Assembly: GCA_005239725.1 (NCBI GenBank)
Contig: SBBM01000038.1
Span: 1-59,360 of the forward strand
Source: Planctomycetales bacterium
GTDB lineage: Bacteria; Omnitrophota; Gorgyraeia; Gygaellales; Profunditerraquicolaceae
Direction of reading: 5' to 3'
DNA length: 59,360 nucleotides
In this document: piece after piece, positions 1 through 10,000 of the stretch
How positions within the stretch are numbered: the first letter of the stretch is position 1
Layout: the number at the start of each line of letters is the position of its first letter
The notes under the pieces: model-generated
Databases searched by the model: none
What the model saw: only the letters and a program-made list of their open reading frames with translations
Told to the model about the DNA's origin: nothing
Translations under genes and position numbers: made by a program

Positions 1-86
1 ACCTTAGCAACCTCTTGTTGAACAGGGGGATTCTCTGCTGCCTGTTCAACCTTAGCAACCTCTTGTTGAACAGGGGGATTCTCTGC
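1..86 (-). repeat. In-frame 48-bp tandem repeat encoding AENPPVQQEVAKVEQA
   Basis: ACCTTAGCAACCTCTTGTTGAACAGGGGGATTCTCTGC starts at both 1 and 49. It is in frame with the 992 ORF and probably continues beyond the window edge. Confidence 0.9.
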
Positions 87-992
87 CGGAGAACCGTTGA
101 TAGGCATGGGATTAGAAGATAATTTTTTGCTAAAGTCATTATTTTTGGCATTGAGGCTTCTGCCAAAATGTAAATCAGGAATCCTATTTCCGGCAAATTT
201 CGCCATGCTGGCCAACTTTGCGGAAATCACTTCTTTTTTTACGCTTTTTGCATCAAAAAAGAATAAAGAAATTCCGGAGACTATAATAAAAATTGGGATG
301 AAATAAACAAAAAATTGGATTGAGTTCTTTTTATTGGAGAAACAAAACAGAAACACAACTAATCCCATAATAGCAACCCACGATGTACGTACTCCCCATA
401 TAATTATAAGATACGAATTGAACGCACAAAGAACCGTTATAAATATTTTAGCGATACGCCGTTTTACAAATGTAAAAAAAGGAACCGCAAAAGATAAGGC
501 TATTCCGAAATACAGCAAGTAATTAAACGCCTTTATTCTGCCAAAAAATTCATGCAATAGTACCCAGGGAGAAGTGGTATAAATACACAACCTGACAATC
601 GTTAATCCAATAATATTGCTTAAGACGACGGCGAATAAAAATAATCTTAGGCTCTTTTTCTCGGAAAATACCGCAAACACAAAAGGACAAAATAAAATAT
701 ATATGCAATAAACCAGATCGCGTAAAGCAAATAAATTTCCGTCGATTAGACCCTTAACTAAATATGAACAGCCAAACACAAAATAAGCAATGATAAATGT
801 TAAAAAGACCTGCGGTATTTTAAAGATTTTCCTTGCATTAAAGAAAAGCGTAAGGACGCCGAAAAAAATAAAAAATTCGGTGACATAAACCGGGCCGATA
901 TGCAATATGGAAAATTCTCTGCCAAACGCCATAACGAAGAAAATGAACGCAATAAATGCCGCGAGGAATGTTTTATTGAATACCCTGTCCAT
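1..992 (-). CDS. O-antigen ligase-like polytopic membrane protein, 3' end outside the window
   Basis: Not in the ORF track because it has no stop in the window. Manual translation from ATG at 992 gives MDRVFNKTFLAAFIAFIFFVMAFGREFS..., with many hydrophobic segments and a GVRTSWVA motif resembling the ligase SR-x-x-W/F motif. A hydrophilic loop follows. The start overlaps the upstream GT4 gene end. Confidence 0.65.
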   Translation of the reverse strand, partial: MDRVFNKTFLAAFIAFIFFVMAFGREFSILHIGPVYVTEFFIFFGVLTLFFNARKIFKIPQVFLTFIIAYFVFGCSYLVKGLIDGNLFALRDLVYCIYILFCPFVFAVFSEKKSLRLFLFAVVLSNIIGLTIVRLCIYTTSPWVLLHEFFGRIKAFNYLLYFGIALSFAVPFFTFVKRRIAKIFITVLCAFNSYLIIIWGVRTSWVAIMGLVVFLFCFSNKKNSIQFFVYFIPIFIIVSGISLFFFDAKSVKKEVISAKLASMAKFAGNRIPDLHFGRSLNAKNNDFSKKLSSNPMPINGSPAENPPVQQEVAKVEQAAENPPVQQEVAK

Positions 993-2184
993 TTTTATAT
1001 TTTCCCGCAATAATTTGCTCATATGCCGAAATTGTCTTTTTATGTAAGACTTCCCAGGTGAAATTATTCTTGACCAATTGGCTTCCGCTAATACCCATAT
1101 TCCTGGCGATATCGGGATTATCCAATAATTCCGCTATCTTTTGAGCAATAAATCCCGGAACAGGCTTAACCAGACGGCCGTTAACCCCATCCTTTATAAG
1201 ATGTCCGATTTGCGGGATGTCCAACCCGATTACCGGTTTGCAAAAAGCCCAGGCCTCGAGAAAAACCGCCCCAAAACTTTCTTGAGCCGAAGGCAGACAA
1301 AAAATATCGCATGCGGCAAGGGCATCCGTCTTTGTCTGTAAATCCACAATGCCAAGATGCATTATTCTTTTATTACGGCACCTCTGAAATAATTTCCGGG
1401 AATATTCCGTATGCGGGCCAATAAAAATAAAACTGACATCTTTATATTTATTTAAAACTATTTTTGCTGATTTCATCAATTGCGAAATCCCTTTATACTT
1501 ATACCCCTGGCCAATAAACAAAACTATTTTCCCGGGTATATTTAACTTATTCCTAAACCCCCCTGGATCAGGCTTATCCGCTATAACCGGGCCTGTGCCG
1601 GTTACAAATATCTTCTTTTCATCCACGCCAAGCCCTATGTATATTTCTTTTTCGTATGGCGTTAATGCGAATAAACCGTCAGCCTTGCGGTAAAGTTCGT
1701 GGTATTCCTTAAAGAACCAATGGCTCCAGCGCGGATGATGTAACGGCGTAAAAACAAACGGTATATTTAATTTCTTGGCCATTATGTAACTGGCATAAGC
1801 TAACGGTTCCCGGCCAACCCGTATATTGTGGATTAAATCAGGTTTACCAAAATCAGCCGATAACTTATTTTCGATAACTTCAGCAATGGCACGTATATTA
1901 CGCTTCTTGTTCAAATAATACGTAAATACATACGGCAACATCTTTAATTTTTCCTTTTTTGTGAACGAAACCCGCTTTACACTTACGCCCTCAAAGTTAA
2001 AAGCTTTTTCCTTTTCCGGCGCCTTTAACGTCGTGCCCAAAAGCCAGTCATTCCGATTAGTATCAAAAAAACATATTACTTCCACATCATGCGCCTTAGC
2101 GGACATCCTGGCAATTTCATGCGCATATAACTGGGCGCCTCCCATCGAAGGCGGATAACTTGTAATTGTATAAAGTATATTCAT
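973..2184 (-). CDS. GT4 family glycosyltransferase
   Basis: YPPSMGGA N-terminal motif; ESFGAVFLE (E-x7-E) motif. Confidence 0.9.
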   Translation of the reverse strand: MNILYTITSYPPSMGGAQLYAHEIARMSAKAHDVEVICFFDTNRNDWLLGTTLKAPEKEKAFNFEGVSVKRVSFTKKEKLKMLPYVFTYYLNKKRNIRAIAEVIENKLSADFGKPDLIHNIRVGREPLAYASYIMAKKLNIPFVFTPLHHPRWSHWFFKEYHELYRKADGLFALTPYEKEIYIGLGVDEKKIFVTGTGPVIADKPDPGGFRNKLNIPGKIVLFIGQGYKYKGISQLMKSAKIVLNKYKDVSFIFIGPHTEYSRKLFQRCRNKRIMHLGIVDLQTKTDALAACDIFCLPSAQESFGAVFLEAWAFCKPVIGLDIPQIGHLIKDGVNGRLVKPVPGFIAQKIAELLDNPDIARNMGISGSQLVKNNFTWEVLHKKTISAYEQIIAGKYKNGQGIQ

Positions 2185-2191
2185 AACGGCC

Positions 2192-3469
2192 TTATTGTTT
2201 AGGCTTGATAATTTCGATTTCCGGCAAAGGGAAAATCATACCGGTCCCCCTATCCAGCATCTTTTTTTCCCTTCGTAAGAATTCATTCTTAAAATGCCAC
2301 GGTAAAACAAGGTAATAATCCGGCCTCATTGCACGGGATTCGGCTTCGCTTATTATAGGAATATCTGTGCCTATAGTACGCGCCCCATATTTATCCGGAT
2401 TCCTATCCGCAGCATAATCAATGATAGAATTATCAATGCCGCAAAGCTGCAAAATCGTATTACCTTTCGTAGAAGCGCCGTAAACGTGAATTCTTTTGCC
2501 GCGACGCCTTAATTCTTTAAGTAATGCGGACAGTTTTCTTTTATGCATATTAATGCGGCTTTGAAAATCTTTATAAGGTTTTTCTGTTTCCAGCTCAAAA
2601 TCGAGTTCCTCCTTACGCAGGCATTGCAAGGTTTGCATAAATTCATGATTATGGAATTTAAAATTATCAATATGAGTCGCACAGCAACGTATGCTTCCGC
2701 CATTTACATCATTAAGTTCCACCTTTACCATTTTCATATCTGACTTTTTCAGGATATACTCGATAACCGCCAGGCTGTAATATTCTAAATGCTCATGGCA
2801 GATTGTGTCATAGGAATTCATTCTTAACATCGAAGGCATGTAAGACATTTCAAATATCCAGAGGCCTTCAGGGGAAAGGCATTTCTTGATATGGCGCACA
2901 AAGTCAACCGGGGATTCAAGGTCATAGAACATGGCAATTGAAGTAATTATATCAAAGGGCTTTCCCTTTGTCTTTTTAGTTAATTCTTCCGAAGGAAAAA
3001 TATCCTGGATAACCTTAATATTGCCTTTTATGCTCCTGGCAACATCCGAAGGGTCAATTCCAAATCTAATAAAATTTGCGGGATAATAACCAAGAAGCGT
3101 ACCGTCATTGCATCCTATATCCAAAATACGTGCCGGGCGCTTCGGCATAATGAGTAATGCCTCTTCGACTATCCCCTTTAAATGATTGCGCATGGTTTGG
3201 TTTGTACCCGAGCGGTACCAATACGTCGAATACAATATCTCTGGAGGGACCGTAGCAGCCATTTGCAACAATCCGCAGGCGTTTTCATCTTTAGTCGGAT
3301 CACAACGGACCAGAGATGTCGGGATTTTCCTCATTGGAGGCAACGGCTTACCCGGCTTGATAAAAGACCCTTGAAGGTATTGTTCCCCGATATCTATCAC
3401 CTTGGTAAGCGCAGATGACCCACAAACACGGCATGTCTTCCGGTATGTTATATGCACTTTCTCTCCCAT
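2192..3469 (-). CDS. NDP-sugar C-methyltransferase (Zn-binding N-domain, SAM domain, C-methyltransferase C-domain)
   Basis: CRVCGS, LDIGCNDGTLL, YDTICHEHLEYYS, YGASTKGNT and LPWHFK motifs typical of TylCIII/EryBIII-like enzymes. Confidence 0.88.
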   Translation of the reverse strand: MGEKVHITYRKTCRVCGSSALTKVIDIGEQYLQGSFIKPGKPLPPMRKIPTSLVRCDPTKDENACGLLQMAATVPPEILYSTYWYRSGTNQTMRNHLKGIVEEALLIMPKRPARILDIGCNDGTLLGYYPANFIRFGIDPSDVARSIKGNIKVIQDIFPSEELTKKTKGKPFDIITSIAMFYDLESPVDFVRHIKKCLSPEGLWIFEMSYMPSMLRMNSYDTICHEHLEYYSLAVIEYILKKSDMKMVKVELNDVNGGSIRCCATHIDNFKFHNHEFMQTLQCLRKEELDFELETEKPYKDFQSRINMHKRKLSALLKELRRRGKRIHVYGASTKGNTILQLCGIDNSIIDYAADRNPDKYGARTIGTDIPIISEAESRAMRPDYYLVLPWHFKNEFLRREKKMLDRGTGMIFPLPEIEIIKPKQ

Positions 3470-4473
3470 TTCGTAAAAGAGACGACTTTATTTTCGATCT
3501 TATGTTTTATATAAAATGCCAACGAAACAAAAAATTTCAACGCGCCTAACTTCCTGGCAGCATACACGACGAGCGGGGAATAACCGCAGTAAAAGAGTTT
3601 CTTTTCTACTGTATCCCATAATTTCATATCCTCTACTGAACTCCGCACTTTTATCAAATAATGCAAACCTACCTCCCGCCGCAAAACCGCAAAAAATAAC
3701 TTCTTTAATTCCAGGTCATTTTTAAAAAGATTATCCGCCAAAAGTGTATAGCCGTCAATATCCAACATAAATCTTTTCAGCAGACCCTTGGCCAAAAAAC
3801 TGTCGTTATCTCCACGGCACAACACAAGCATTTCTTTAATATATTTCGTTTTACATCCTATGCCGGCAAACGAAAACAGCCTGTACACATGCGCATAACC
3901 TGTGCCCATAAACAGTTCCGGACAACCAACCTGATTCCATTTCCGGCGTTTAAAAACTATCGAACTGCAATAACTAAAGAGTGCCCCCAGGGAACGCGAT
4001 TTTTCCAAATAATCAATAAGCTCATCTTTTTTGGAAAAATTAAAAACTTTATCCGCTATTCCCGATATAAGCCATAGTCTTTTTTTAAGCGGCCTTAAAT
4101 AAAAATCGCATTCTATTCTATTGCATATATATATATCGTGGCCTTCCCTTATCTCGTCAAGCACCCTTTTAATGGCTCCGGGCTTTAATTTATCATCGCT
4201 TGACATAAACCAACAATAATCTCCGCTCGCAAGTTCTACGGATTTTGCCAAATCCCTGTCTACTCCAATATTTTTATTCCGTTGAAAAAAACGTATACGC
4301 GGAAATTCCCTCTGATACCTTTCTACCACTTCGGCAGTATCATCGACAGAGGCTCCGTCTATAATAACAATTTCCACCTCGTCGGTAGCTTGGCAAATAA
4401 TACTCTCCAGGGTCTCTCCGATAAAGGCGGAGAAATTATAAGTAGGTATGCACAACGAAAGTTTTATGGCCAT
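3448..4473 (-). CDS. GT2 glycosyltransferase (resembles RfbV-type dideoxyhexosyl transferases)
   Basis: LSLCIPTYN, DGASVD and WFMSSDD motifs; NIGVDRD and SLGALFSYCSS recall RfbV-like proteins. Confidence 0.85.
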   Translation of the reverse strand: MAIKLSLCIPTYNFSAFIGETLESIICQATDEVEIVIIDGASVDDTAEVVERYQREFPRIRFFQRNKNIGVDRDLAKSVELASGDYCWFMSSDDKLKPGAIKRVLDEIREGHDIYICNRIECDFYLRPLKKRLWLISGIADKVFNFSKKDELIDYLEKSRSLGALFSYCSSIVFKRRKWNQVGCPELFMGTGYAHVYRLFSFAGIGCKTKYIKEMLVLCRGDNDSFLAKGLLKRFMLDIDGYTLLADNLFKNDLELKKLFFAVLRREVGLHYLIKVRSSVEDMKLWDTVEKKLFYCGYSPLVVYAARKLGALKFFVSLAFYIKHKIENKVVSFTKWERKCI

Positions 4474-4478
4474 ATAAT

Positions 4479-5369
4479 TTAACGCAGTCTCAAGTAATCC
4501 ACGATTCCAGCCATTGTCCCCTTAAGAAAATAACGGTATCTATACATCCTGTTCTTCGATTCAATGGTTTTGGGAAAAAAATCATATTGCAATGTCCGGA
4601 TTAAACTCGTCAACAACCTCCAGATAACGAAAGTGATATAGATATAGAGATGGCGCAGATCAGAAAATACCTGCTTTGTAAGCATTGCGGAAATTCCGTA
4701 TGAATAATTAAATGCCTTTACATCAGAGGTCTCTGATTGGCGTCTGTGATAAACAACGAGGCCGGGATAATACAAAATCTTTACGCCTGATTTCTTCAAG
4801 CGGAAGAAATAATCCGTCTCTTCGGCTGCCCTGTATTTTCCTCCTATACCAAACCGCTCGTCATAACCACCAACTTTAAAAATAACCTCGCGGCTTATGA
4901 TATGCGCTCCACCCCTAAAATAATTGAAGTCGAAAAAATTCAAATATCTTTTCTTATCATCTAAAAGGTCGACAAACGATTCAGAAGTCAGCGGGTCGCG
5001 CAATACCGGACAGAAAACACTTGCTTTTTCCGAAGAAATAACCTTTTCTAAAACTCCTAGAAAATTATCCGCCAAAATAATGTCATCATCAATCAAAACA
5101 ACATACTCTCCCCGGCTAAGCTTTAAAGCCTTATTCCGGGTTGCCGATAATCCGCAGTTTTTATCACTGAACAAATAAGTTATTTTGCCGGAACTTTCAA
5201 AACTTTCGACCACCTGCCGCGTAGCGTCAACCGAAGCATCATCACTGACAATAATCTCATAATCTGAAAAACTCTGTTTAAGAATACTTGCAATCGTTTC
5301 CTTGAGTATTTTTGCCCGATTGCAGGTTGAAACAACAATGCTAAAACGCATTTTCTCATTTAGTTGCAT
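4479..5369 (-). CDS. GT2 glycosyltransferase
   Basis: FSIVVSTCNR, DDASVD, IDDD, GGYDERFG and AEETD motifs. The start may be the Met at 5351. Confidence 0.9.
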   Translation of the reverse strand: MQLNEKMRFSIVVSTCNRAKILKETIASILKQSFSDYEIIVSDDASVDATRQVVESFESSGKITYLFSDKNCGLSATRNKALKLSRGEYVVLIDDDIILADNFLGVLEKVISSEKASVFCPVLRDPLTSESFVDLLDDKKRYLNFFDFNYFRGGAHIISREVIFKVGGYDERFGIGGKYRAAEETDYFFRLKKSGVKILYYPGLVVYHRRQSETSDVKAFNYSYGISAMLTKQVFSDLRHLYIYITFVIWRLLTSLIRTLQYDFFPKTIESKNRMYRYRYFLKGTMAGIVDYLRLR

Positions 5370-6345
5370 AACCGGTTAATAATTTTATCCTGCGGATATT
5401 TGTTTTCAAATAAAACAAAATCCTACGTAACGGCAAAGGGAAATAACTAAAAAACCATAACGCGTAAAATTTACATTTTGACAAAGAAGCGGGGAATAAA
5501 TACGGCCATATTATCTGGCGGGCCCTAACGGTATAATTGCTTTTTATACAAAAAAAGGCTTCCAGGAAACCGGGCCCGGAATCATCTAAACCCGATTTCG
5601 CAACAAGGCTATCCAATAATTCCTTTTTTAAAATCAAGGTATCATCGCGAAAGGCACGGCGCTCCTCGTAGGATTTTCTTGCCAATTCCGCGTATGCCGC
5701 TTGCAAACGCGACTTACTTATAGAAATACTGTCCAAAAGCACCCTACGATAATAAAGCACCTTATTCACCGAACCCGCCATCGTAAATTCAATCAGGCGT
5801 AAATATAAATCATAGTCCTGCGCATACCGGAAGAAATCCCGGTACCCTCCTGCTTTTTCCAGGGCTTTTTTTCGAAAAAGCACCGAGCCATGGCAGAAAA
5901 AGTTTTTTCTAGCAAGACCGCGGGTAATCTTATCTGGATTATCCTCCTTGGGGCCAAAATCGAATATGCACCCTTCACTATCAATAAGCCCATAATTACA
6001 TCCCACAAACCCTATCCTGCCTTGACCATCAAGAAGTTGGACCTGACGCTGGAATCTTTGCGGCAACGAAACGTCATCCGCATCCTGCCGGGCTATATAT
6101 TCACCCCTTGCCTTGCCAAGTGCAATATTTAAACTCTTTGTAAGACCCTGGTTTTTGTGCTCAATAACAACTACCCTTGGGTCTAATTTCTGATAAATGC
6201 CGATTATCTCAGCCGTATCGTCGGTTGAACCATCATTGACAATAATAAATTCGAAATCCTTAAATGTCTGATTAAGTACAGATTCAATAGATTCTTTTAG
6301 TGTTTCCGCGCCGTTATAAACCGCCATTATCACCGAAATCTTCAT
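5356..6345 (-). CDS. GT2 glycosyltransferase
   Basis: ISVIMAVYN, NDGSTD, RQDADD and AQDYDL motifs. Confidence 0.92.
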   Translation of the reverse strand: MKISVIMAVYNGAETLKESIESVLNQTFKDFEFIIVNDGSTDDTAEIIGIYQKLDPRVVVIEHKNQGLTKSLNIALGKARGEYIARQDADDVSLPQRFQRQVQLLDGQGRIGFVGCNYGLIDSEGCIFDFGPKEDNPDKITRGLARKNFFCHGSVLFRKKALEKAGGYRDFFRYAQDYDLYLRLIEFTMAGSVNKVLYYRRVLLDSISISKSRLQAAYAELARKSYEERRAFRDDTLILKKELLDSLVAKSGLDDSGPGFLEAFFCIKSNYTVRARQIIWPYLFPASLSKCKFYALWFFSYFPLPLRRILFYLKTNIRRIKLLTGYATK

Positions 6346-6349
6346 ATAC

Positions 6350-7021
6350 TTATCTTGTTATCTCCCTGGAAATCACAACCGCATATATCTCGCCGTAACA
6401 AATCCTGAATGATTCAATCGCCAGCCCGGCGTCATTCATCTCTTTTTTAAAACTATCCAAAGTATACTCTATGCAATGCGTTGGGTCGAGCCTATACTCA
6501 ACTCCCATTTCCTTTTTATATAAAGTAATCCAATCGCGGTCAAGCATTGGAACCCGAATTAAGAAGCGGCTAGAGTATTTTTTAAGCCTTTGCAAGAAAA
6601 TTACCCGGTCATTGATATGTTCAAGCACATTAGAAAGGATTACGCAATCAAATTTATCGTTAAATTCATAGCCCGTAACATCAGCACATACAAAGTCTGC
6701 CTTTGAAGTCTTTTTTGCTTTTATGATGTTTGAAAATGAGATGTCTATGCCCACGACCCTTTTGCAGCGGGTTGCCAGATCTGCAGTCAATGCCCCATTG
6801 CCGCAGCCAACATCCAATACTGACCATTCCGGATGGATATTTTCCGTAAACCAGCGATGATAATCTAATAACCTATGCTTTGGGTGCAGGCCGCCCATCT
6901 CCAGGCGCTGCGATAAATATCCTGCTAAACCGTAAAATAAATTGTGCAACTTAAGAACAACGCAGACCAGAAAATATAACAAACCCCGGATCAATGAACT
7001 GCGCGACTCTTGTTTTTTCAT
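6350..7021 (-). CDS. Class I SAM-dependent methyltransferase
   Basis: VLDVGCGNG and NVLEHI motifs. Confidence 0.88.
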   Translation of the reverse strand: MKKQESRSSLIRGLLYFLVCVVLKLHNLFYGLAGYLSQRLEMGGLHPKHRLLDYHRWFTENIHPEWSVLDVGCGNGALTADLATRCKRVVGIDISFSNIIKAKKTSKADFVCADVTGYEFNDKFDCVILSNVLEHINDRVIFLQRLKKYSSRFLIRVPMLDRDWITLYKKEMGVEYRLDPTHCIEYTLDSFKKEMNDAGLAIESFRICYGEIYAVVISREITR

Positions 7022-7026
7022 CGGAC

Positions 7027-8169
7027 TTAAGCCTTCCTGGACAACAATTTTCCGTAACTCTCTAATTCCATATCTACAATCTTAGAAATGCTGCAATATT
7101 TCAGAATATATTCACGGGCATTATTTCCTAATTTTTTCCGCAGCGCAGAATCTCCCATAAGTCGCAAAATAGCCCGCGAGATTTCCTGTGCGTTATTACC
7201 GCATAAAATTCCGTTTATTCCATCTTGGATAATTTCACGAATACCGACCACATCAGTGCCGATGACCGCTTTTCCGCAACTCATCGCCTCCAAAAGGCTT
7301 TTAGGGTTTCCTTCCCAAACAGAGGGCAAAACAAACATCGGGTATTTTGCAATTAGTGCCGGCAGTTGGTTATTCGGATATACCCCCAAAAAATGCACAT
7401 CAGCGTTAATTTTTCTGGCATATTCCGATAGTTCATCCCTAAGGTCTCCGCGACCGATTAAATCTAAACCGAAATCGGCTCTTTTGCATGCCGCAATAAG
7501 GAGAAAAATATTTTTCTCTCTATTCAAACGCCCGATAAAGAAAATCCTATTGGGGAATGTTTCCGAAGAAATTCGGGGCGAGAAAATATCCGTATCGATA
7601 AAATTAGAAAATACGGAAATTTTTCTTCTCGTGATACCGAATCTATTCTGGACAAAAACCGCAGAATGCTCAGAAGTAAGATTTATATGGTCAGCAAAAA
7701 AATAAACCATCCTTGATATTAAATAAAACCACCACCTCACACGAAAAGGAAATTTTTCGGCAAGCAACACATAATAATGCTCAAACCCGCACCTAACCAA
7801 AAGCTTACCGCCGCATACAAATTTAGCTGCTAAAGCTACCCAACCGCCCCACATTTGATTGGTTTTATAGATATTATATTTTTTGAGGGTCTTGCGGAAT
7901 TTTATCGGCAGCCAGAATGATTGAAAAAATGCCAACTTCCGGTTTTTAAACTTCTTCACAGTCGCATAAGCCGGAATAATTTCTATTTGCGGCAACCTCT
8001 CTCTATAATTATAATCATCCTGATTGCCATAAGTGAAAAAGGCGATTTTCGCTCCCTGTTTTATTAAACCCGTGTATAACGAAACCTCCCTGTCGAGTAT
8101 GCCGGACTCATCCCATTTTTTTAAACTACCCTCATACGTAAAGAACAAACAAATTCTTTTATCTTCCAT
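7027..8169 (-). CDS. GT4 family glycosyltransferase
   Basis: IGRLNREKN and EGNPKSLLEAM motifs. Confidence 0.9.
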   Translation of the reverse strand: MEDKRICLFFTYEGSLKKWDESGILDREVSLYTGLIKQGAKIAFFTYGNQDDYNYRERLPQIEIIPAYATVKKFKNRKLAFFQSFWLPIKFRKTLKKYNIYKTNQMWGGWVALAAKFVCGGKLLVRCGFEHYYVLLAEKFPFRVRWWFYLISRMVYFFADHINLTSEHSAVFVQNRFGITRRKISVFSNFIDTDIFSPRISSETFPNRIFFIGRLNREKNIFLLIAACKRADFGLDLIGRGDLRDELSEYARKINADVHFLGVYPNNQLPALIAKYPMFVLPSVWEGNPKSLLEAMSCGKAVIGTDVVGIREIIQDGINGILCGNNAQEISRAILRLMGDSALRKKLGNNAREYILKYCSISKIVDMELESYGKLLSRKA

Positions 8170-8189
8170 ATGGCATTGTGTGCAAAAAA

Positions 8190-8870
8190 TCAGGATTTTT
8201 TAATAATGGCATCCGCGAAGCAGTTTCCATATTTATTATAGTAAATCAATTTTCCCGGGAAAAATGATTTTATCTGTTGAAATGTAAGGTCCCCCGAAGG
8301 ATTTGCGGTAGTAACCTTCACGGGTTCTCCGGGGAAACCAAGCACCATATACCCTCCGGGCGCAAGAACACGGTACCACTCCTTGGCAGCAATCTCCGGG
8401 GCATAAGCGTGGTCTAAGGTATTTGAGTACACTATATTAAACTTGCCTTCCCGCTCCTTCGGCATTTCATCAAAGCTGCATATGCGCACATCTTTTCTTC
8501 TGCCGTCAGGATTGATTTCTACCCCCACAACGCTTCTTTCATCAATTTTCGCCACATCGCTCATGCCCATAGACTCTAACCAGGGAAACCTGGAAGAAAA
8601 GGCATATTGCTCTTTTTCGGATAAGCGCATGAGAATAGCTTTTAAACGCCCGCCGAAAAATAAATTCCGGAAAATATCCAATTCCCGTCCATTTCGCGTC
8701 CCTAAACAAAGGATTGGGCCCCTGATATTACCCCCGGAACTTTTGTAAATCACTTCTTTAAAACGCGCAACGCAACGCGTGCTTACCTTGCAAAAACGAA
8801 ATTTTCTTTTGGAGGCCTCAATCTGGGCTGCAAGATACTCTTCTTTCGAAAATTTTCCTAAATTATGCAT
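8190..8870 (-). CDS. Class I SAM-dependent methyltransferase (variant motif I)
   Basis: ILCLGTRNGRE, YSNTLDHA and RVLAPGG motifs. Confidence 0.75.
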   Translation of the reverse strand: MHNLGKFSKEEYLAAQIEASKRKFRFCKVSTRCVARFKEVIYKSSGGNIRGPILCLGTRNGRELDIFRNLFFGGRLKAILMRLSEKEQYAFSSRFPWLESMGMSDVAKIDERSVVGVEINPDGRRKDVRICSFDEMPKEREGKFNIVYSNTLDHAYAPEIAAKEWYRVLAPGGYMVLGFPGEPVKVTTANPSGDLTFQQIKSFFPGKLIYYNKYGNCFADAIIKKS

Positions 8871-9034
8871 TTAATTTCTCCTTTTTTATCAAAACTTTAA
8901 CTGCCGGGAAACGGACTATCCCCATAAAGGCAGCGGCTTTCTTCTCTTCAGCATTAATCAATTTTTCCTCAATTTTTGCATGTACGATTTATATCCACAA
9001 TCAAATTATTATAAAAATTATCCATAGTCGTTTC

Positions 9035-10000
9035 TCAAATGCTTAATCCCTGTTCGGCAATGAATAGGCCCCCATATTCTATGCACATCTCTCTTCCGGA
9101 CGGCGCTAGGTTGATCACTTTTTTTTTGAGCTCGGCATAATTATCGCGCGCTTCCTGCAATGCCTTTTTAACATCATCTCTGAAACCTATACCATAGTAT
9201 CTTCCAAATTCTACTATTCCGCCGCCATCTTCGTGATACACAAGAGGCAACCCGCATTGCGCTCCCTCGATATGATGCATACCGCAAGGCTCCCATAAAG
9301 AAGCGGTCAAATATATATGGCTGGCACGTAGTAGATCCGCTAACTTTTTTCCATATACAGGAGGATATGTCTTTGCAGAGCGCCAATGGATTTCTTTCGG
9401 CCAATGTCCGACTACCGTCAGGGAAAACCCCGCCAATTCGCCAGCGGCAATCATCCTGTCGACTTCCTGATAAACCTTGAACCCTTTCATCCAATTATCT
9501 GACCAATGATGTGTAATGATGCCAAAATTGCTACCTCCGATACCGCTACAATTTATTTTAGGGCAAAAAATCTTATCATCCGCGCCATTACGTATTACTT
9601 TGTGCGGCCGATTAGGGTCGAACCAACGGCTGACAAAGTAATCTTTTAACCAGTCCGAAATAAATACCGTAAAATCGGCAACCTCATTTGCCCGGCAAAG
9701 ACGACCATCCACAAAGTCCGTACCTTTACGCTGATCACATTCATTAATACGGTGCACGCACTTAACATTGGGGTGCCGCTGTTTAAATTTGTTTATTTCA
9801 GGTATATCGAACTCAGTTGTATCTGTTGGCCATGATTTAACAATTAGAATATGGGTAACATCAGGTTCTAACCGGTATGTAACTTTACATCCTTTCTTTT
9901 TGATATATAATACAAACTGTTCCACAAACTGATTTCCTCCTCCCCAGGGAGAAAATCTCGGTTTCATATTGATGGCTATTTTTATTCTACTATTATTCAC
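9035..10000 (-). CDS. GT4-like glycosyltransferase
   Basis: PWGGGNQF and EPCGMHHIEG motifs. Start moved to the GTG at 10000, which overlaps the upstream stop. Confidence 0.8.
   Translation of the reverse strand: MNNSRIKIAINMKPRFSPWGGGNQFVEQFVLYIKKKGCKVTYRLEPDVTHILIVKSWPTDTTEFDIPEINKFKQRHPNVKCVHRINECDQRKGTDFVDGRLCRANEVADFTVFISDWLKDYFVSRWFDPNRPHKVIRNGADDKIFCPKINCSGIGGSNFGIITHHWSDNWMKGFKVYQEVDRMIAAGELAGFSLTVVGHWPKEIHWRSAKTYPPVYGKKLADLLRASHIYLTASLWEPCGMHHIEGAQCGLPLVYHEDGGGIVEFGRYYGIGFRDDVKKALQEARDNYAELKKKVINLAPSGREMCIEYGGLFIAEQGLSI

Noticed and set aside
1-96. Palindromic repeat at the window edge as a CRISPR array
   Set aside because: The period is 48 bp with only 10 bp between the identical blocks. 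It is in frame within a CDS, and no cas genes are present.
4125-4136. (AT)6 tract and several A/T 8-9-mers as phase-variation sites
   Set aside because: They are short and expected in AT-rich, Lys/Phe-rich coding DNA, and all frames are intact.
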